From NCBI RefSeq assembly GCF_001194135.2, contig NC_068981.1, positions 176,718,454 to 176,782,453 on the forward strand: a stretch of 64,000 nt of DNA. Reading direction: 5' to 3'. Every line of letters begins with the position of its first letter. The stretch's first letter is position 1. Position numbers and translations under genes: made by a program. Below the pieces are notes generated by a model, which saw only the letters and a program-made list of their open reading frames with translations, did not search any database and had not been told where the DNA came from. This document shows, one piece after another, positions 1 through 12,840 of this stretch. The stretch comes from Octopus bimaculoides. Taxonomy: Eukaryota.

Positions 1-264
1 TATTTACAATGGAAGGAGGATAGAATCGGTAAAACATCAGACAAAATACCTTGTAATACTTAGTACCATCCGTTTATGTATGGAATTCAAACCTTTCTGT
101 GATTAATTCTCAGTTGTTTCTGATCTTGACAGAACAAATAACGAACCAAGTACTGTGCTTGATGTAATCAACTGTTCTTTTCCCACCATTAAAATCTGTG
201 GCCTTGCGTCTCAGGAATCAATGTTATTGAAGGCCCAAAGTGCTATACTTGATTGAAACATTAA

Positions 265-484
265 CCCTTTACCATTCAGCTTACTTTGCTAAATGTAATG
301 CTTATTTATTCATACTGTTTTGAATTAATCATGCATTATATCATAGCTTTGAGATTTTGACGATGTGATTGTTTATTTTTAGAATGACATTGTAATGTCA
401 TGGTGAGACATTGAATCTGGTTGGTTTGTACATAAAACAGTTGAATATTTGGGTTGGATATGTCCATTTTAAATGCTAAAGGAG
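265..484. mobile_element. piggyBac-like MITE (CCCTTTAGCATT family), right end degraded
   Basis: TTAA|CCCTTTACCATTC at the left end and AATGCTAAAGGAG at the right; body matches copies at 8253, 16165 and 51229. Confidence 0.5.
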
Positions 485-513
485 TGAGGTTAGATTGAAG
501 GCTTTTACAACTA

Positions 514-924
514 CCGTAAATCCTCGAGTATAGTTCGCCCTTGAGTATAATACGCAGGGGGTTTTTAGGGGGCTGTACTTCTGGAAAACCTAAACCTTGT
601 GTATAATACGCACCCCTTCTCTAACTTGAGTCAAGGAGAACTATGTAACGTCCTTGGTTTGTATACATATAAACGGTAACGTCCTTTATTATTATTGTAT
701 ATATAACATAATGCAAACGTGTAGCTTTTTTGTTCACTTTGTTTGCAGAAAATAAAGAAATAACTGTAATAACGTCAGTGAAAAATATATATTAAGTAAA
801 TTGCCTTTACATATTTATCACTTAGAAAATATTTTTCATTTTTAACTTTGTATATAGTACGCACTAGAAATTTTGACTTTTAAATTTTGGGAAAAAAGTG
901 CAGATTATACTTGAGGATTTACGG
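514..924. mobile_element. Tc1/mariner-superfamily (pogo/Tc2-like) MITE
   Basis: 19-bp TIR CCGTAAATCCTCGAGTATA / TATACTTGAGGATTTACGG (1 mismatch); TA TSD at 512-513 and 925-926. Confidence 0.8.
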
Positions 925-944
925 TATATTGTCTAATTACCAGA

Positions 945-1352
945 CATGGCTGTGTAGTTAAGAAGCTTACTTTCCAGCCATGTAGTTTTGGGTTCAGTCC
1001 CACTGCACAGCACCTTGAGAAAGTGTCTTCTACTATAGCCTCAGGCTGACCAAAGCACCAGAGCCTTGTGAGTTGATTTGGTACTGGAAGATGCCTGTTG
1101 TATACGAGTGTGTGTATGTGCATGTGTGTGTCTTTGTGTCTGTCCCCAACCACTGCTTGACAACCAGTGTTGGTGTTTTCATCACCGTAACTTAGTGGTT
1201 CAGCAAAAGAAACTGATAGAATAAGCGACAGGCTTAGCAAAATAACAACAAATTTAGTACTGGTGGGGGGGTCAATTCATTTGACTAAAAAAACATTCTT
1301 CAAGGTGGTGTCCCAGCATGGCCAAAGTCTAATGACTGAAATAAGTAAAAGA
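945..1352 (+). mobile_element. tRNA-derived SINE family A (CORE-like head, (TG/TA)n, body)
   Basis: A-box-like TGGCTGTGTAG, B-box-like GGTTCAGTCCC, CORE-like CACCTTGAGAAAGTGTC; many copies in the window. Confidence 0.75.
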
Positions 1353-1356
1353 TAAA

Positions 1357-1358
<2 letters not shown>

Positions 1359-1405
<47 letters not shown>

Positions 1406-1615
1406 NNNNNNNNNNNNNNNNNNNNNNNNNNNNNNNNNNNNNNNNNNNNNNNNNNNNNNNNNNNNNNNNNNNNNNNNNNNNNNNGTGTGTGTGCACATGT
1501 GTGTGTGTGCACATGTGTGTGTGTGCACATGTGTGTGTGTGCACATGTGTGTGTGTGCACATGTGTGTGTGTGCACATGTGTGTGTGTGCACATGTGTGT
1601 GTGTGCACATGTGTG
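1359..1615. repeat. (GT)n, then a gap, then a 16-bp minisatellite (GTGTGTGTGTGCACAT)n
   Basis: Seven full 16-bp units at 1499-1610 plus a partial unit at the gap edge. Confidence 0.9.
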
Positions 1616-1619
1616 TGGT

Positions 1620-1810
1620 GTGCATGCTCTTGTCATATGGTGGTTGTAAATGAGCATCGCTGTCATACAAATGATATTGTTCACTTCCTGTATGTCATGG
1701 AAAAACATGTTTGGCAATGGAAAACATTACCATAATTGTAAACAGGTGAGGGTTGGCAACAGGAAGTGCACCCAGCCATATAAGATCCACTTCAATAAAT
1801 TCCAAGCATA
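1620..1810 (+). mobile_element. SINE-like interspersed repeat fragment
   Basis: Similar to 45790-45990 (GTAAATGAGCATC...CAGGTGAGGGTTGGCAACAGGAAG). Confidence 0.5.
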
Positions 1811-3084
1811 GAAAAGATGTCAAATGATAATGGTAATTCCAAAGTGGTTGTAATAGCAGTTATATCACCTTTAACTGTTATATCACCTTTCATATAATAG
1901 GTTAGCTATCATGTACCTTGTCATATGAAATCAATTTTATGGTTTACAATCCTAAAATAGGGTGACCAGTTGACAGAGATTGTGGAGTACTTGACTATGT
2001 TTCAAATTCCACCCGGGTTAAATTTGTCTTTTATTTTTCTAGGACCATTAAAATACATACATTGATTACCTGTAAGTTACTTTGATCAATTATGTTGTTT
2101 TCTCAATAAGAAATACCAGCAGCAAGGAATTCATGATATTCCAAGACAACAGTAAGGTGGCTAACTGAGGAAAATCGTTAGCACATTGGACAAAATGCTG
2201 AGAGGCATTTCTTCCAGCTTTTTACATTCTTATTCCAAATTTTGCGACAGTCAACTTTGCCTTCCATCCTTCTGGAATCAATGAAATAAATACTAGTTGA
2301 ACACTGGGGCTGATGTAATCAACTTATTCCTTACTAAAATAATTGGCCTTGTGCCAAAAAAATTTGATATAAATATTCTAAGAGAGTGAAATTGACCGGA
2401 AGCTGGACTACCAGGCATTTTTAGTCTAATTTCTTTCTATTCAGAAATTTTGAATCCTGTCAAAGTAGACTTTGTTTTTGGTTCATTTAAGTATCAGCTG
2501 TTATTGCTGTTTAGCTACACATCAATTTTGATCAAGAAGATCTTTCACCAATGATATTCCTGCAGTGAGCATCCCATTTTTTTTTTCCTTTTTACGTTAT
2601 CTACTGAGCTCTTCCTTTTTTTAAAGATTCTAGCATGTAATCTTAGGAATATTTGATTGCTGTATTAGAAGGTTGTACAACTACAGCAAGACCCTCATAC
2701 TAACTGATGGGCACTCCTAATCAGAGACAACAGATGTGGGTTCCACAACATTTTGCTGAACAACCTGCAGAGATGGTTTGTACATAATGATCAAATGTTT
2801 ATGCTGTGCATCATCTCACTTTCTCCATCAAATCTACATTGCTTAAGCAACGAAGTGATTGCAAAGCAATATGAATTGAAGATGTTTTGCTCAAGAGTAC
2901 AAAGCACCACCCAGTTCAGGAATCAGAAACATAATCTTCCAATCGTGAGTACAGAACCCTAACCACTAAACTCTGCATCAACTCTCCTCTTACAGACTGC
3001 ATACCAGTTATATATATGGTTCATTTTAAATAATTACACTCTGTGTCTACATATGTGAACTCAATATTATACACAGTCAAGTGG

Positions 3085-3300
3085 GGTGGTGAACTGGCAG
3101 AATTATTAGCACATGAAGAGAAATGCTTTGCAGCATTTCTTCTGGTTATACATTCCGAGTTCAAATTCTGCTGAGGTCACCTTCACCTTTCAACATTTTG
3201 GGGTTGAAAAATAAGTATCAGTTGAGCACTGGGGGTCAATGTAATTGACTTTCCCCTTTTTCTCCTAATTACTAGCCTTGTACCAAAAGTTGAAACCAAT
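3085..3300 (+). mobile_element. SINE family N (Nin/Deu-like domain), diverged
   Basis: GAACTGGCAGAA head, GAGTTCAAATTC B box, degenerate CCTTTCA...GGGGT...AAATAAGTA domain. Confidence 0.55.
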
Positions 3301-3435
3301 ACTATACAGAGACAAGAGCTGTAAGTTAGGAGAGTACCTGAGTTAAATTGTTAGAGATTTTAGTCTCACTTCTCTACGTCTAAGTTTGAATCTTATCATG
3401 AATTTTTTTAAAATCTTTTTTTGCAATATTAAGTA

Positions 3436-3735
3436 GGAGCACTCCGTCGGTTACGACAAGGGTCCCAGCTGATATGATCAATGGAACAGCTTGCTCGTGA
3501 AATTAACATGCAAGTGACTGAGCAATCCACAGACATGTGTACCCCTAACGTAGTTCTCAGGGAGATTCAGCATGACACAGAGTGTGACAAGGCTGGTCCT
3601 TTGAAATACAGGTACTCCTCATTTTTGCCAGCTGAGTGGACTGGAGCAACGGGAAATAAAGTGTCTTGCTCAAGGACACACTGGGAATTGAACTCACGAC
3701 CTTACAATTGTGAGCCAAATACTCTAACCACTATG
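3436..3735 (-). mobile_element. tRNA/CORE-type SINE
   Basis: Minus strand reads GTGGTTAGAG...GAGTTCAATTCC, then GTGTCCTTGAGCAAGACACTT (CORE-like); related copy at 10770-10965. Confidence 0.7.
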
Positions 3736-5047
3736 AACTGAATGCAAACAGCTATTTAGTTTAGGAATTTACAACAGAATACTAAACAAGACTTTCATAA
3801 AATGTTCTATGCTGCTTCAAAACCTGCAAGAAAAAATGCTGGGCGGACAAATTGATATAAAGAGAAAAAAACAGCAAAGAGACACACAGAAAGCATAGAT
3901 GTATGGGCTTAGACTTAACATGCTCTATGATGTAAAGGATTTGTTCAAAAGAAAGGCCAGAATAAGGAAGAATATATCTTTTATATTACAGATAATATGC
4001 ATGAGTATGCATCTGGTAATTTGTCATCCTGAAGGGAAAAGTAACATAAATAATGATATTCAACAAAATAGGTAACAACTTATGTCAGTATTTTCTTATA
4101 GCTGCAGGGATGGGTATTTATGTTGTTATTTTTTATGTATTTTCAAACCCAAAGTATATTGATTTCAGATAATCCAAGCTAGCATTTTTTTTTTCTTTAG
4201 ATACAGAGGAAATTAAACAGTGATCCCACATTTGATAAATAAATTATATCTACTTGTACCTTCAAATTACAGATTTATTGTTATTAATACTGACACGGCA
4301 CCGAATACTGTCTTTTTTTTTTTTAATTTGCTTCTAACAAATTACAGGCAATAATGTATACGTGAATTCTTCTCCAAGCCTTCTTATAACAGATTTTCTT
4401 TTTTAACCCTTTCCCAAGAAGGATAATTTTTTAATCCTTTGTGGCATGGGTGAATATTTTTCAATAAATTTGTATTCCAACACTGTTCTGTGGTGTGTTT
4501 ACATATGACACCCCACATTCAAAAGCAAACCGACAAATGCTTGTAGTTTTCAGGCATCAGAAATGGCAGTGTTTCCTTATCACAGATCTATGTAATACTC
4601 TAATCTGCTGCAATGACAACAGCCACCCTTCATATCCAAGATCCATTATCTTCATTGCAGGATGAGACACCACACACTGAAACATTATAGTGCTGGGGAG
4701 GGGGGTGCTGTGCATTTCCCAGCATCATTATTTTTGCTATGCAGGTGATAGGTCCAGTAGCAAGAGTAACCCAAGATGACCGATACATCCTCTCAGTACA
4801 ATTTGTTGGAAAATATCCAGTTTGTTAGAAACTACCTTAACCCTTTTGATACCAGTCCACCCAAGACCATCCATGCTTCTATGAATCAAGCATTTTATAT
4901 AAAGTGATCTAAATTAATGTTTCCCCATTAAAACTTCATGTTACCCATGCCAGCATGGAAGACAAATGCTAAATGATGATGATGATTTATGTTCCAATTA
5001 CCAGCTTAATAATGACAAAGATATTTTAGCAAATTCTTTATCATTAT

Positions 5048-5135
5048 TTGGTGGTGGTGGTGGTGGTGGTGTCGTTGGTGGTGGTGGTGGTGGTGGTGGC
5101 AGTGGCGGTGGCGGCGGTGGTGGCAGCGGCGGTGG
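5048..5135. repeat. (GGT/GGC)n trinucleotide microsatellite
   Basis: Direct reading; explains the poly-Gly ORF 4966-5274. Confidence 0.9.
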
Positions 5136-5427
5136 TATAAATATTACATTTGACAGAGCAATTTGGATGCTAAAGGGTCAAAGATCAGCACCAATAGGAA
5201 GAACAGCCAAAACAATGTCATTCTGTCTGTATATTGTTAGTGACCAAAATGTTGTTCTGCCTACAAAAGGGTAAATATTCTTTTAATAGGTCTTGCTGCA
5301 TTTGTCCTGCTGGGCTTTTATAAAAACCTTCCTCCATCGTGCTAGCCTTTGAGGGAGCCAAACTTTGTGGTTATGTTACTAGTAGCTCTCAAAGTAATCT
5401 GACAAACATTTATACATAAACACACAA

Positions 5428-5809
5428 GGTATGGTTGTGCGGTAGGAGGTTTGCTCCCCAACCACGTGGTCCCAGGTTCAGTCCCACTGTGTGGCACCTT
5501 GGGCAAGTATCTTCTATAGCCTTGGCCCAACCAAAGCTTTGTGAGTGGATTTGGTACATGGAAACTAAGGCAGTGAGCTAGCAGAAACATTAGCACGTCA
5601 GGCAAAATGCTTAGTGGTATTTCGTCTGTCGCTACATTCTGAGTTCAAATTCCGCCGAGGTCGACTTTACCTTCCATCCTTTCAGGGTCGATAAATTAAG
5701 TACCAGTTACACACTGGGATCGATGTAATCAACTTAATCCCTTTGTCTGTTCTTATTCGTTCCCTCTATGTTTAGCCCCTCGTGGGCAATAAAGAAATAG
5801 GAAACTAAA

Positions 5810-5853
<44 letters not shown>

Positions 5854-6080
5854 ATATATGTGTCTGTGTTTTTGTGTCTGTGTCTGTCACCCACCATCGC
5901 CTGACAACTGGTGTTGGTGTGTTTACATCCTTGCAACTTAGTGGTTCAACAAAAGAGACCAATAGAATAAGTTCAAGGCTTAAAAGAAAATAAGTACAGG
6001 GATTGGTTAGTTTGACTAAAATTCCTCAAGGCGATGCTGTAGCATGACCACAGTCTAATAACTGAAACAAGTAAAAGAGA
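5428..6080 (+). mobile_element. SINE family A copy interrupted by a family-N SINE
   Basis: Head 5428-5568; body resumes after 5808 with (TG)n and the family-A tail. Confidence 0.7.
5569..5799 (+). mobile_element. SINE family N, full length, nested
   Basis: TSD GGAAACTAA at 5560-5568 and 5800-5808; CCTTCCATCCTTTCAGGGTCGATAAATTAAGTACCAG domain; AAAGAAATA tail. Confidence 0.85.
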
Positions 6081-7115
6081 TATGCACACACATATATACA
6101 CACATATATATACACATACACATACACATGGACACATGTAGCATTTACACAGACTACACAGAATGCTCTCCAGAAATATGGTCAATGTGATTCTGTTTTC
6201 TAATCAATGCGATTCTGTTATTTTATTTTCAAAATGTCTATTTGAACACTAGAAAGTGAAATATTACAAAAAATGCCAAGACCAAAATCTGCTTAGGATA
6301 CTATTTCTAGAAATAAATTCTCATCTCGTTTATGATACAGAATTAAAAAAAAAAAATACCCATTTCAATCTCCAAGCAAAAATATGCCATCATCTAAAAA
6401 AAATACTATAAAATCTATAAGTAGCAGACCATGATTTAAATGATATCTAAGTCAGGTTATTAGTTTTGGATATCGGATGACAAATCACCAGATGCATCTA
6501 ATATAAAATAACTTTGGTCAACATTTTGATCAAACCCTCTATATGACGGTGAACGTCAATCTGGGTACATACATTTATTCTCTCCTCGTCAATCACAAAC
6601 TTATTCTCTATCGCTCTCATTTTGTATTTGCTTCTCCATCATTCCTTTACCATACCTTTATCACTTCAAGTCATTTTTAGAAGCAATATAGAGCTTCATT
6701 TAATGAGATCCCTGTTCTGTATAGTGTTGTAAATTCTCAATCTGAAGAGGCAGTTTTCATTTTATTTCACTTCTTACATCACCTCCTTCTCCAAGTGCTA
6801 TGCTTCCCAGCTTTTGCAATCATTCCAAAGTTGAAAAGGGTTACATTTAACCAAGATTCCCCACTGGCTATTAATTCAATATAATCAGACATGACAAATG
6901 TACTAAACAGAAATAAGAAAAGCAGCTAAGAAATTGGATCTGAGAGAGTCCAAGAACTCTGAAAATTCTACTCTATAGCTATTTGACCTTAGTGAGCGTT
7001 TGAGTAATTCAATCGGGGAACCAATTTGGACTGAAAGACTTTGTAGTTGCTGGTAGTATTGGAGAGGTGTGGTGATTATTTTATTTAATTAGATTTATTG
7101 TTATTATTATCATTA

Positions 7116-7158
<43 letters not shown>

Positions 7159-7331
7159 GGTGTGGTGATGATGATAGATATGAATTTGGGTATATAGGCA
7201 GGAGAAAATTTACTAAACGCATGTAGTGGGGTTTATTTATTCATTTGAAGCAGATAATTCACTCTGTCATTAAATTTCCTTTTCTATGAAAATCGTACAG
7301 AACAAGAGATTCCTCAAAGGAATATACATAC

Positions 7332-7376
<45 letters not shown>

Positions 7377-7399
7377 CATTTTCACATTTGCTTTTCCAA

Positions 7400-8750
7400 G
7401 ATTGCATGGGGTTGAGTTAGTTCTCTTTTTAATATTGCATCCCATCACTCATCATTCATTATGCTCCTTTATCATCTCTTTTGTAGCATTTAACATCTTA
7501 AGATCACTTTCCATCATTTTGGCTCACATCTCTTCGACGGTCTTCCTCTTCCATGGTTTCCTTCCGCTTGGATTTTCTGACACTACAAATCTGTTATCAT
7601 CCCTATGCACTACATGGCCATACCCTTAAAACTCAGCTCATCTGTACTGCATTGTTCTTGTTGATGCACACTAACATAGAGAATCATGCTTGTTTCATTT
7701 CTCTCCAACTTTCACACATCTTCCTACATTTTCTGCCCACATCTCACTGTCATGCAGCATCTCACTTCACACACAAGTAACATGCAATCGACTCTCCACT
7801 TGAAGAGAAAATTCACCTTGTTATCCTCATGCTCTCAGAATATCCTCCTCCACTGTTGATTAACTTGCCTAATTAACTGAAGCTATCAACATTGCCTATG
7901 TATCAGAAGCTGTCAACTACTTTTACAAAGTCTTCCATGTCTTTATATATCACTACTTCTTTAACTCCTCCTGTATGTCAGCCACATATGAAATCTTTAT
8001 TCACTACCAGTTTTTCTGTGATCCCAAGACATTTCTTGTGCATCCATACTTCACATCACGTACGTTGTATGGAGTTCTTATCAATTCCTTTTCTGCATGC
8101 CCAGCAGTCATTTCCTCAATGGCCATAGAGACCTGTCTTTTCACTAAAAAAAGCCTTGGACTTCATTAAATTTACCCTGAGGCTTATCAATTCGAGGTTT
8201 TCCTTCCTTGCCTGGAATTTCTTCTAAAAGTCATTCACAGATTCTATTTTGACCCTTTAGCTTTTAACTGGTTGCATCCAGCCTAGTCGTATCTTCCCTG
8301 TTTTATGTTCAAACTGACTGGCTCAGGTCTCTCACATCTACCCAATAATGTCATTCAAATGATAAATAATCACATCATCAAAATCTCAAAGCTATGAGAT
8401 AATGTATTATTAATTCAAAACAATATTAACGAATAAAGTATTATAATTGACAGAGAAATCTGAATGCTAAAGGGTTAAGGACTGGATCATAAGCATATAG
8501 GAGTTCCCAATAACATTTGAGCTTAGCTCTTTTGTTTCAGCCTGAAGAGCTACAATGAAAATGAGGGAGCTGAGAAGTGAGCCTTATTGAGCTCCTACCT
8601 GCATATTAAATCCTTCACTGAACTCATTGTCACTCCTCACTTTGATGACTTCATTGCTGTACATGGCTTACACTACTCTCTCAAACCATCGATCTACATC
8701 AAGTTTTCTTAAAGGCCACCAGATATCCAGTCAAAGGTTGCCACAATTTG
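7400..8750 (-). mobile_element. RTE-clade LINE remnant (RT C-terminal half and 3' region), degraded
   Basis: Minus-strand fragments in RT order: IWWPLRKLDVDRWF, AMYSNEVIKVRSDNEFSEGFNMQVGAQ*GSLLSSLIFI, VVDSF*YIG; many stops; split by the MITE at 8253-8474. Confidence 0.7.
8253..8474. mobile_element. piggyBac-like MITE nested in the RTE remnant
   Basis: TTGA|CCCTTTAGC ... GCTAAAGGG|TTAA. Confidence 0.7.
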
Positions 8751-8994
8751 TAGCTGGTGGTCAAAAAAGTTTTTTTTGCAATTGTCTCACTATAAAAAGA
8801 ACATAAGTAGTTCTACAGCCTGGCACAAATCCAAATTAAACCTCATCTAAGCTGATTCTCTTCCTAATCAATTACTCCTTTGCTTTATAAAAATCTGTCT
8901 TGTTCCCCATCAACAACATTATTATTAGAACAATTTTTATATTATTAACCCCTCTAAGGAGGCAAGCTAGCAGAATCATTAGCACTGCTTTTAG

Positions 8995-9132
8995 TCAAGC
9001 GAATCGACCCCAGGACTTATTCTTTGTAAGCCTAGTACTTATTCTGTTGGTCTCTTTTGCTGAACCGCTAAGTTTCGGGGACGTAAACACACCACCATTG
9101 GTTGTCAAGCACAGACACACAAACACACAAAC
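8995..9132 (-). mobile_element. SINE family A body fragment running into a gap
   Basis: CGACCCCAGGACTTATTCTTTGTAAGCCTAGTAC family motif. Confidence 0.65.
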
Positions 9133-9453
9133 NNNNNNNNNNNNNNNNNNNNNNNNNNNNNNNNNNNNNNNNNNNNNNNNNNNNNNNNNNNNNNNNNNNN
9201 NNNNNNNNNNNNNNNNNNNNNNNNNNNNNNNNNNNNNNNNNNNNNNNNNNNNNNNNNNNNNNNNNNNNNNNNNNNNNNNNNNNNNNNNNNNNNNNNNNNN
9301 NNNNNNNNNNNNNNNNNNNNNNNNNNNNNNNNNNNNNNNNNNNNNNNNNNNNNNNNNNNNNNNNNNNNNNNNNNNNNNNNNNNNNNNNNNNNNNNNNNNN
9401 NNNNNNNNNNNNNNNNNNNNNNNNNNNNNNNNNNNNNNNNNNNNNNNNNNNNN

Positions 9454-9620
9454 NTTTATAATTAAAAATTATTAGAATTATATTTTTAAAAATTGTTAAA
9501 ATATTTAGTATACTGTAGAAGTGTTTGATGTATTGTAGAATTTATTATACATAAATTAAAAAAAAAAAAAATTATGTGGACCTTTAAGGATCATATGAAC
9601 CCCAGTTCAGAACATTTGAT
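9454..9620 (-). mobile_element. Partial hAT MITE, same family as 50908-51154
   Basis: Reverse-complement similarity to 50908-51060, including GGACC...GAACCCCAGTTCAGAAC. Confidence 0.4.
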
Positions 9621-10769
9621 CTAAAACTTAGCACCAAAATATATCAGCCAAGTATTGAATATTCATCTAAATGTACTCAGCAAAATGTGTAGTTTTGGAC
9701 CAGAAATTAAAAACCCTTATTGTTGATGTGTTATGTTTTTTTTTTTTTTTTAGCCCCAGTTCAACTCTGATCAAACAGGCCTTTACTACAAAACCAGTCA
9801 AGCAACTAGAAGTAATCAATACACAGATCTTTTGTCCCAAACTCATTATGCCTTTGTCTCATGAGGGATTGACTGCCCTGTAAATTCCAATATGTGATGA
9901 TCTATTATTACAGCGTGCAGTAGGAAATGTTTTTTCCACCACCACAATCTATTGTCCAATATAATTTGTGCATGCGTGTGTGTGTGTATGTGTGTTATTT
10001 GTTACTGTTTAGCTCCAGATCAACTATGATTGAGCAGACCTATGAATAAAACCATTCTAACCATGACCACCTTGTCTTTTTAGAGGTATCCAAGATTGTG
10101 CATTATCAAAAATGTCCTTCCTTGCTTAAGATGCTATTTCTACCAGGCCAAGCAACTATATAGGGATTCTTTCATTGGCTTCAGGGTATGTCAGTAGGTT
10201 CTGACGGTGACTGCAGCAGACATGGGTAAGGTAGACTTTACCAGATTATGACAGTACATCACCACTTACCACCCTAGGAAAGTGTTTGATTTATTGATAT
10301 TTTGCTGGTGTATGTGTGTGTGTGTGTGTGTGTGCATGCATGCATGCATGCATGCACACATGCTTATGTGTTTATCTGGACTGAGTAAGACAGATAGCAT
10401 TTTGGGGGTATTGTTGTAGTAGCTTAGTGTTCTGAGGGTGTTATAGGTGTGTCTGGACGTTCGCAAAGTTCTTGTATCTATAGTAGAGTTCTAGAATGTC
10501 ATACATGAATCTTGATATTTCAGAGTGATTGTGAATGTAAATAGTAGGAACTGTGAGAGTTGATGCATACTGCAACAACAAAACATTTTCCTCTGTTCAT
10601 GCTCAATTGGTTTTTCACTTCAAATATTTTATTTCACCATTCAGGTGAGTGAAATTTTTTAATGCAATTTTATATTCAATCTGTGATTTTTTTTTTTTTT
10701 TTTTACAATGTGCACCATTGATTGCTGTTATTGAGTAGTCAAATGACAGCATACTTTTGCAAGTATAAT

Positions 10770-10965
10770 ATATCACACTTTTGCATGCAGTGGACAGGTT
10801 TGAGACATTTCAGCATGGCTGTTTTGATGCCAGCTGAGTGGACTGGAGCAATGTGAAACGAAGTGTTTTGCACATGAACACAATGCATCGCCAGTGCAGG
10901 AATCGAAACCACAATCTTATGATTAGGAGTCCAATACCCTAACCACTAAGCCACGCACCTCCACA
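10770..10965 (-). mobile_element. tRNA/CORE-type SINE 5' part
   Basis: Minus strand GGAGGTGCGTGGCTTAGTGGTTAGGG (A box) ... GTTTCGATTCC (B box), then CCAGTCCACTCAGCTGGCA. Confidence 0.65.
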
Positions 10966-11099
10966 AAGTACACCCATCATGTTCAATGAATCAACTGTAA
11001 TGTCTCACTCTTTCTAACTCTCTATAAGTATATTTCTGCGCATGTGTGTGTGTGTGCATACGTGCATATGTGTTTGTCTCCAGTATCAAAATGTGCTGT

Positions 11100-11590
11100 T
11101 GCCAAAACAGGTTAAATGTCCAGTCAGCAATGTCAGATCACCTGTGTCCAAACACCTGTACCAATCATTACATTCCAGTGGTGAATTATTAACATATTGT
11201 GTCAACTTTGCCTTACATCCTTCCTGAGGTGGTAAAATGTGCACCATGCCTAGGTCAACATCACCTTTCAACCTCTTTTGGAAGTAACAAAATGAAATAT
11301 CGCTAAAGGGTTGTCTCCTGTTAGATCATCCTACCTGGGCTTTGCTCTCATTCGACACACCAGCTGCAAGTTGGAAGAGGTCCCATAGCAGGCCCCATAC
11401 CAGATGGCTGGATATGATTGGGAAAGATCTTCAGAGGCTCAACATCACCATAGAGGGTGCAGAGAGGCTGGCACAGGACTGCCAGTGATGAAAATCACCA
11501 GTGGATCTGATCAGCTCTATGCATGAAGATATCTCTGGAACCATTAATTTGGGATGAACCCTAACCCCATCAAGCAAGAGCAAGCAAGCA
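11100..11590 (+). mobile_element. RTE-clade LINE 3' end
   Basis: Translates ...WKRSHSRPHTRWLDMIGKDLQRLNITIEGAERLAQD (RTE-type GRP..RW.D motif); ends in a (GCAA)n-like tail. Confidence 0.65.
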
Positions 11591-11630
11591 GCTCAAGGGT
11601 TGTAGATTGGCAGAATTGTTAGAATCTCAG

Positions 11631-11862
11631 AAGGCGGCGAGCTGGCAGAATCATTAGCATGCCAGGCAAAATGCTTAGCAATATTTCATCTGCTGTTACA
11701 TTTTGAGTTCAAATTCTGCCGAGGCCGACTTTGCCTTTCATCCTTTCGGGGTCAATAAATTAAGTACCAGTTATGCACTGGGGTCGATGTAATCGACTTA
11801 ATCCTTTTGTCGGTCCTTGTTTGTCCCTCTATGTTTAGCCTCTTGTGGGTAATAAAGAAATA
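11631..11862 (+). mobile_element. SINE family N, full length
   Basis: TSD AGAATTGTTAGAATCTCAG at 11612-11630 and 11863-11881. Confidence 0.85.
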
Positions 11863-12399
11863 AGAATTGTTAGAATCTCAGAAGGCGGCGAGCTGGCAGA
11901 ATCATTAGCATGCCAGGCAAAATGCTTAGCAATATTTCATCTGCTGTTACATTTTGAGTTCAAATTCTGCCGNNNNNNNNNNNNNNNNNNNNNNNNNNNN
12001 NNNNNNNNNNNNNNNNNNNNNNNNNNNNNNNNNNNNNNNNNNNNNNNNNNNNNNNNNNNNNNNNNNNNNNNNNNNNNNNNNNNNNNNNNNNNNNNNNNNN
12101 NNNNNNNNNNNNNNNNNNNNNNNNNNNNNNNNNNNNNNNNNNNNNNNNNNNNNNNNNNNNNNNNNNNNNNNNNNNNNNNNNNNNNNNNNNNNNNNNNNNN
12201 NNNNNNNNNNNNNNNNATAACTTCTTCCCATCCTCTCACTAGTCCCAAAATTTCTGACGAAATAAAGGGCCACAAGTGCTGCCCCTCCCTCCCTCCCTGA
12301 CTAAGTAGTAAAACTGAGATTGTTTCAATTGACTTTATCAATTCCCTTCCAAACACAGCCAACAACACTTTGATCGATCACTTTTTACTTTTTACTGAA

Positions 12400-12740
12400 G
12401 CCATGACCATCGCCACTCAGATCGTTGTCACCATCACCATTATGGTTGCCATCATTAGCTACCATAACTAATGGTATTCCTACCATTCACTGCAAACTAC
12501 TGATACCACATTGTTGCAGACACTACCACTAACAAATCCAATACTATCCCTCTTACTACCATTCCCACCGACATCACCATAGTAGCCATCAGCAGCAGCG
12601 CCTTTCCCATCACCACCATCATTATATCTCTTACCATTATCACCACCATCTCCATTACCTTGCCCCCCATCATCACTCTGTCTCTTACCACTACCACCAT
12701 CAGCTCCATAATCTTCATAATGGCTACTACTACCACCACC

Positions 12741-12771
<31 letters not shown>

Positions 12772-12797
12772 ACAGTACTACTACTACTACTAACACC

Positions 12798-12840
<43 letters not shown>

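Noticed and set aside
945-1010. tRNA gene calls for SINE heads
   Set aside because: A and B boxes are present, but there is no acceptor stem or full cloverleaf and the sequence runs into SINE bodies
11086-11271. ORF with a WYRCLDTGDL string resembling AMP-binding enzymes
   Set aside because: Antisense to an RTE remnant; no other motif support
11863-11972. Second tandem family-N SINE starting at the same site
   Set aside because: Shares the first copy's private mutations and ends at a gap; most likely a contig-edge assembly duplication
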